From Antedon mediterranea (Eukaryota; Animalia; Echinodermata), in the NCBI RefSeq assembly GCF_964355755.1, contig NC_092670.1, positions 26,150,795 through 26,214,794 of the forward strand: a stretch of DNA of 64,000 nt, written 5' to 3'. A program made the position numbers and the translations under genes. Shown one piece after another: positions 63,673-64,000 of this stretch; the first letter of the stretch is position 1; the number at the start of each line of letters is the position of its first letter. The notes beneath the pieces are model-generated. The model was not told where the DNA came from. It was given only the letters and a program-made list of their open reading frames with translations, and searched no databases.

Positions 63673-64000
63673 TTTAAAGGTATGATGGGAAGAGAAATGC
63701 TTCGGCGGCTTTAATTTTTTTCCAGTAATAAAGCAGCCGAAGGCTAGGAGAGGGCGTACTCCAGACTGAAAAGTCAGAGGAACAATATAGAGAGAGTAAT
63801 GGCATTGAATGGATTAGAAGCCGTGTTTTTGTGTCCAACTATTCCTATGTAGCGTATGGAGTTGAGTCTTGTTTTGAAAATGTATAACGTTCAAAAGGCT
63901 TTAATTATCGAATTTATCAAAACAATCAATTTGATTAAAGGTTTTTGTTAAAATAATAAAAAAATTATAAAGTTACTGCGAACATGATTTAAAACAACAA

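Overview
AT-rich, intron-containing animal genomic DNA, probably from an invertebrate deuterostome (echinoderm-like; inferred from repeat style, not proven). Three housekeeping genes can be spliced by hand with GT-AG sites and consistent phases: TACO1 (minus, 5 coding exons, 320 aa), DCTN2/dynamitin (plus, 12 coding exons, 403 aa, head-to-head with TACO1) and RPL27 (minus, 3 coding exons, 136 aa, plus a 5'TOP non-coding exon). Most remaining sequence is transposon-derived: CR1/L2-group LINE pieces, a fragmented BEL/Pao gag, a Helentron-type element, and many non-autonomous DNA elements with readable TSDs, nested up to four deep. I see no clear-cut new multi-gene system. The best leads are: a LINE copy with ORF1 joined directly to an open RT and no endonuclease; a hairpin-ended element family with 9-10-bp TSDs; recurrent TA>TAGGCCTA insertions between repeat copies; a ~320-bp foldback at the DCTN2 start; a hammerhead-like motif just after the DCTN2 stop; a TIR element with a 6-bp TSD; and a candidate DCTN2 microexon. 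All alignments were done by eye, and TE superfamily calls rest on termini/TSD rules only.
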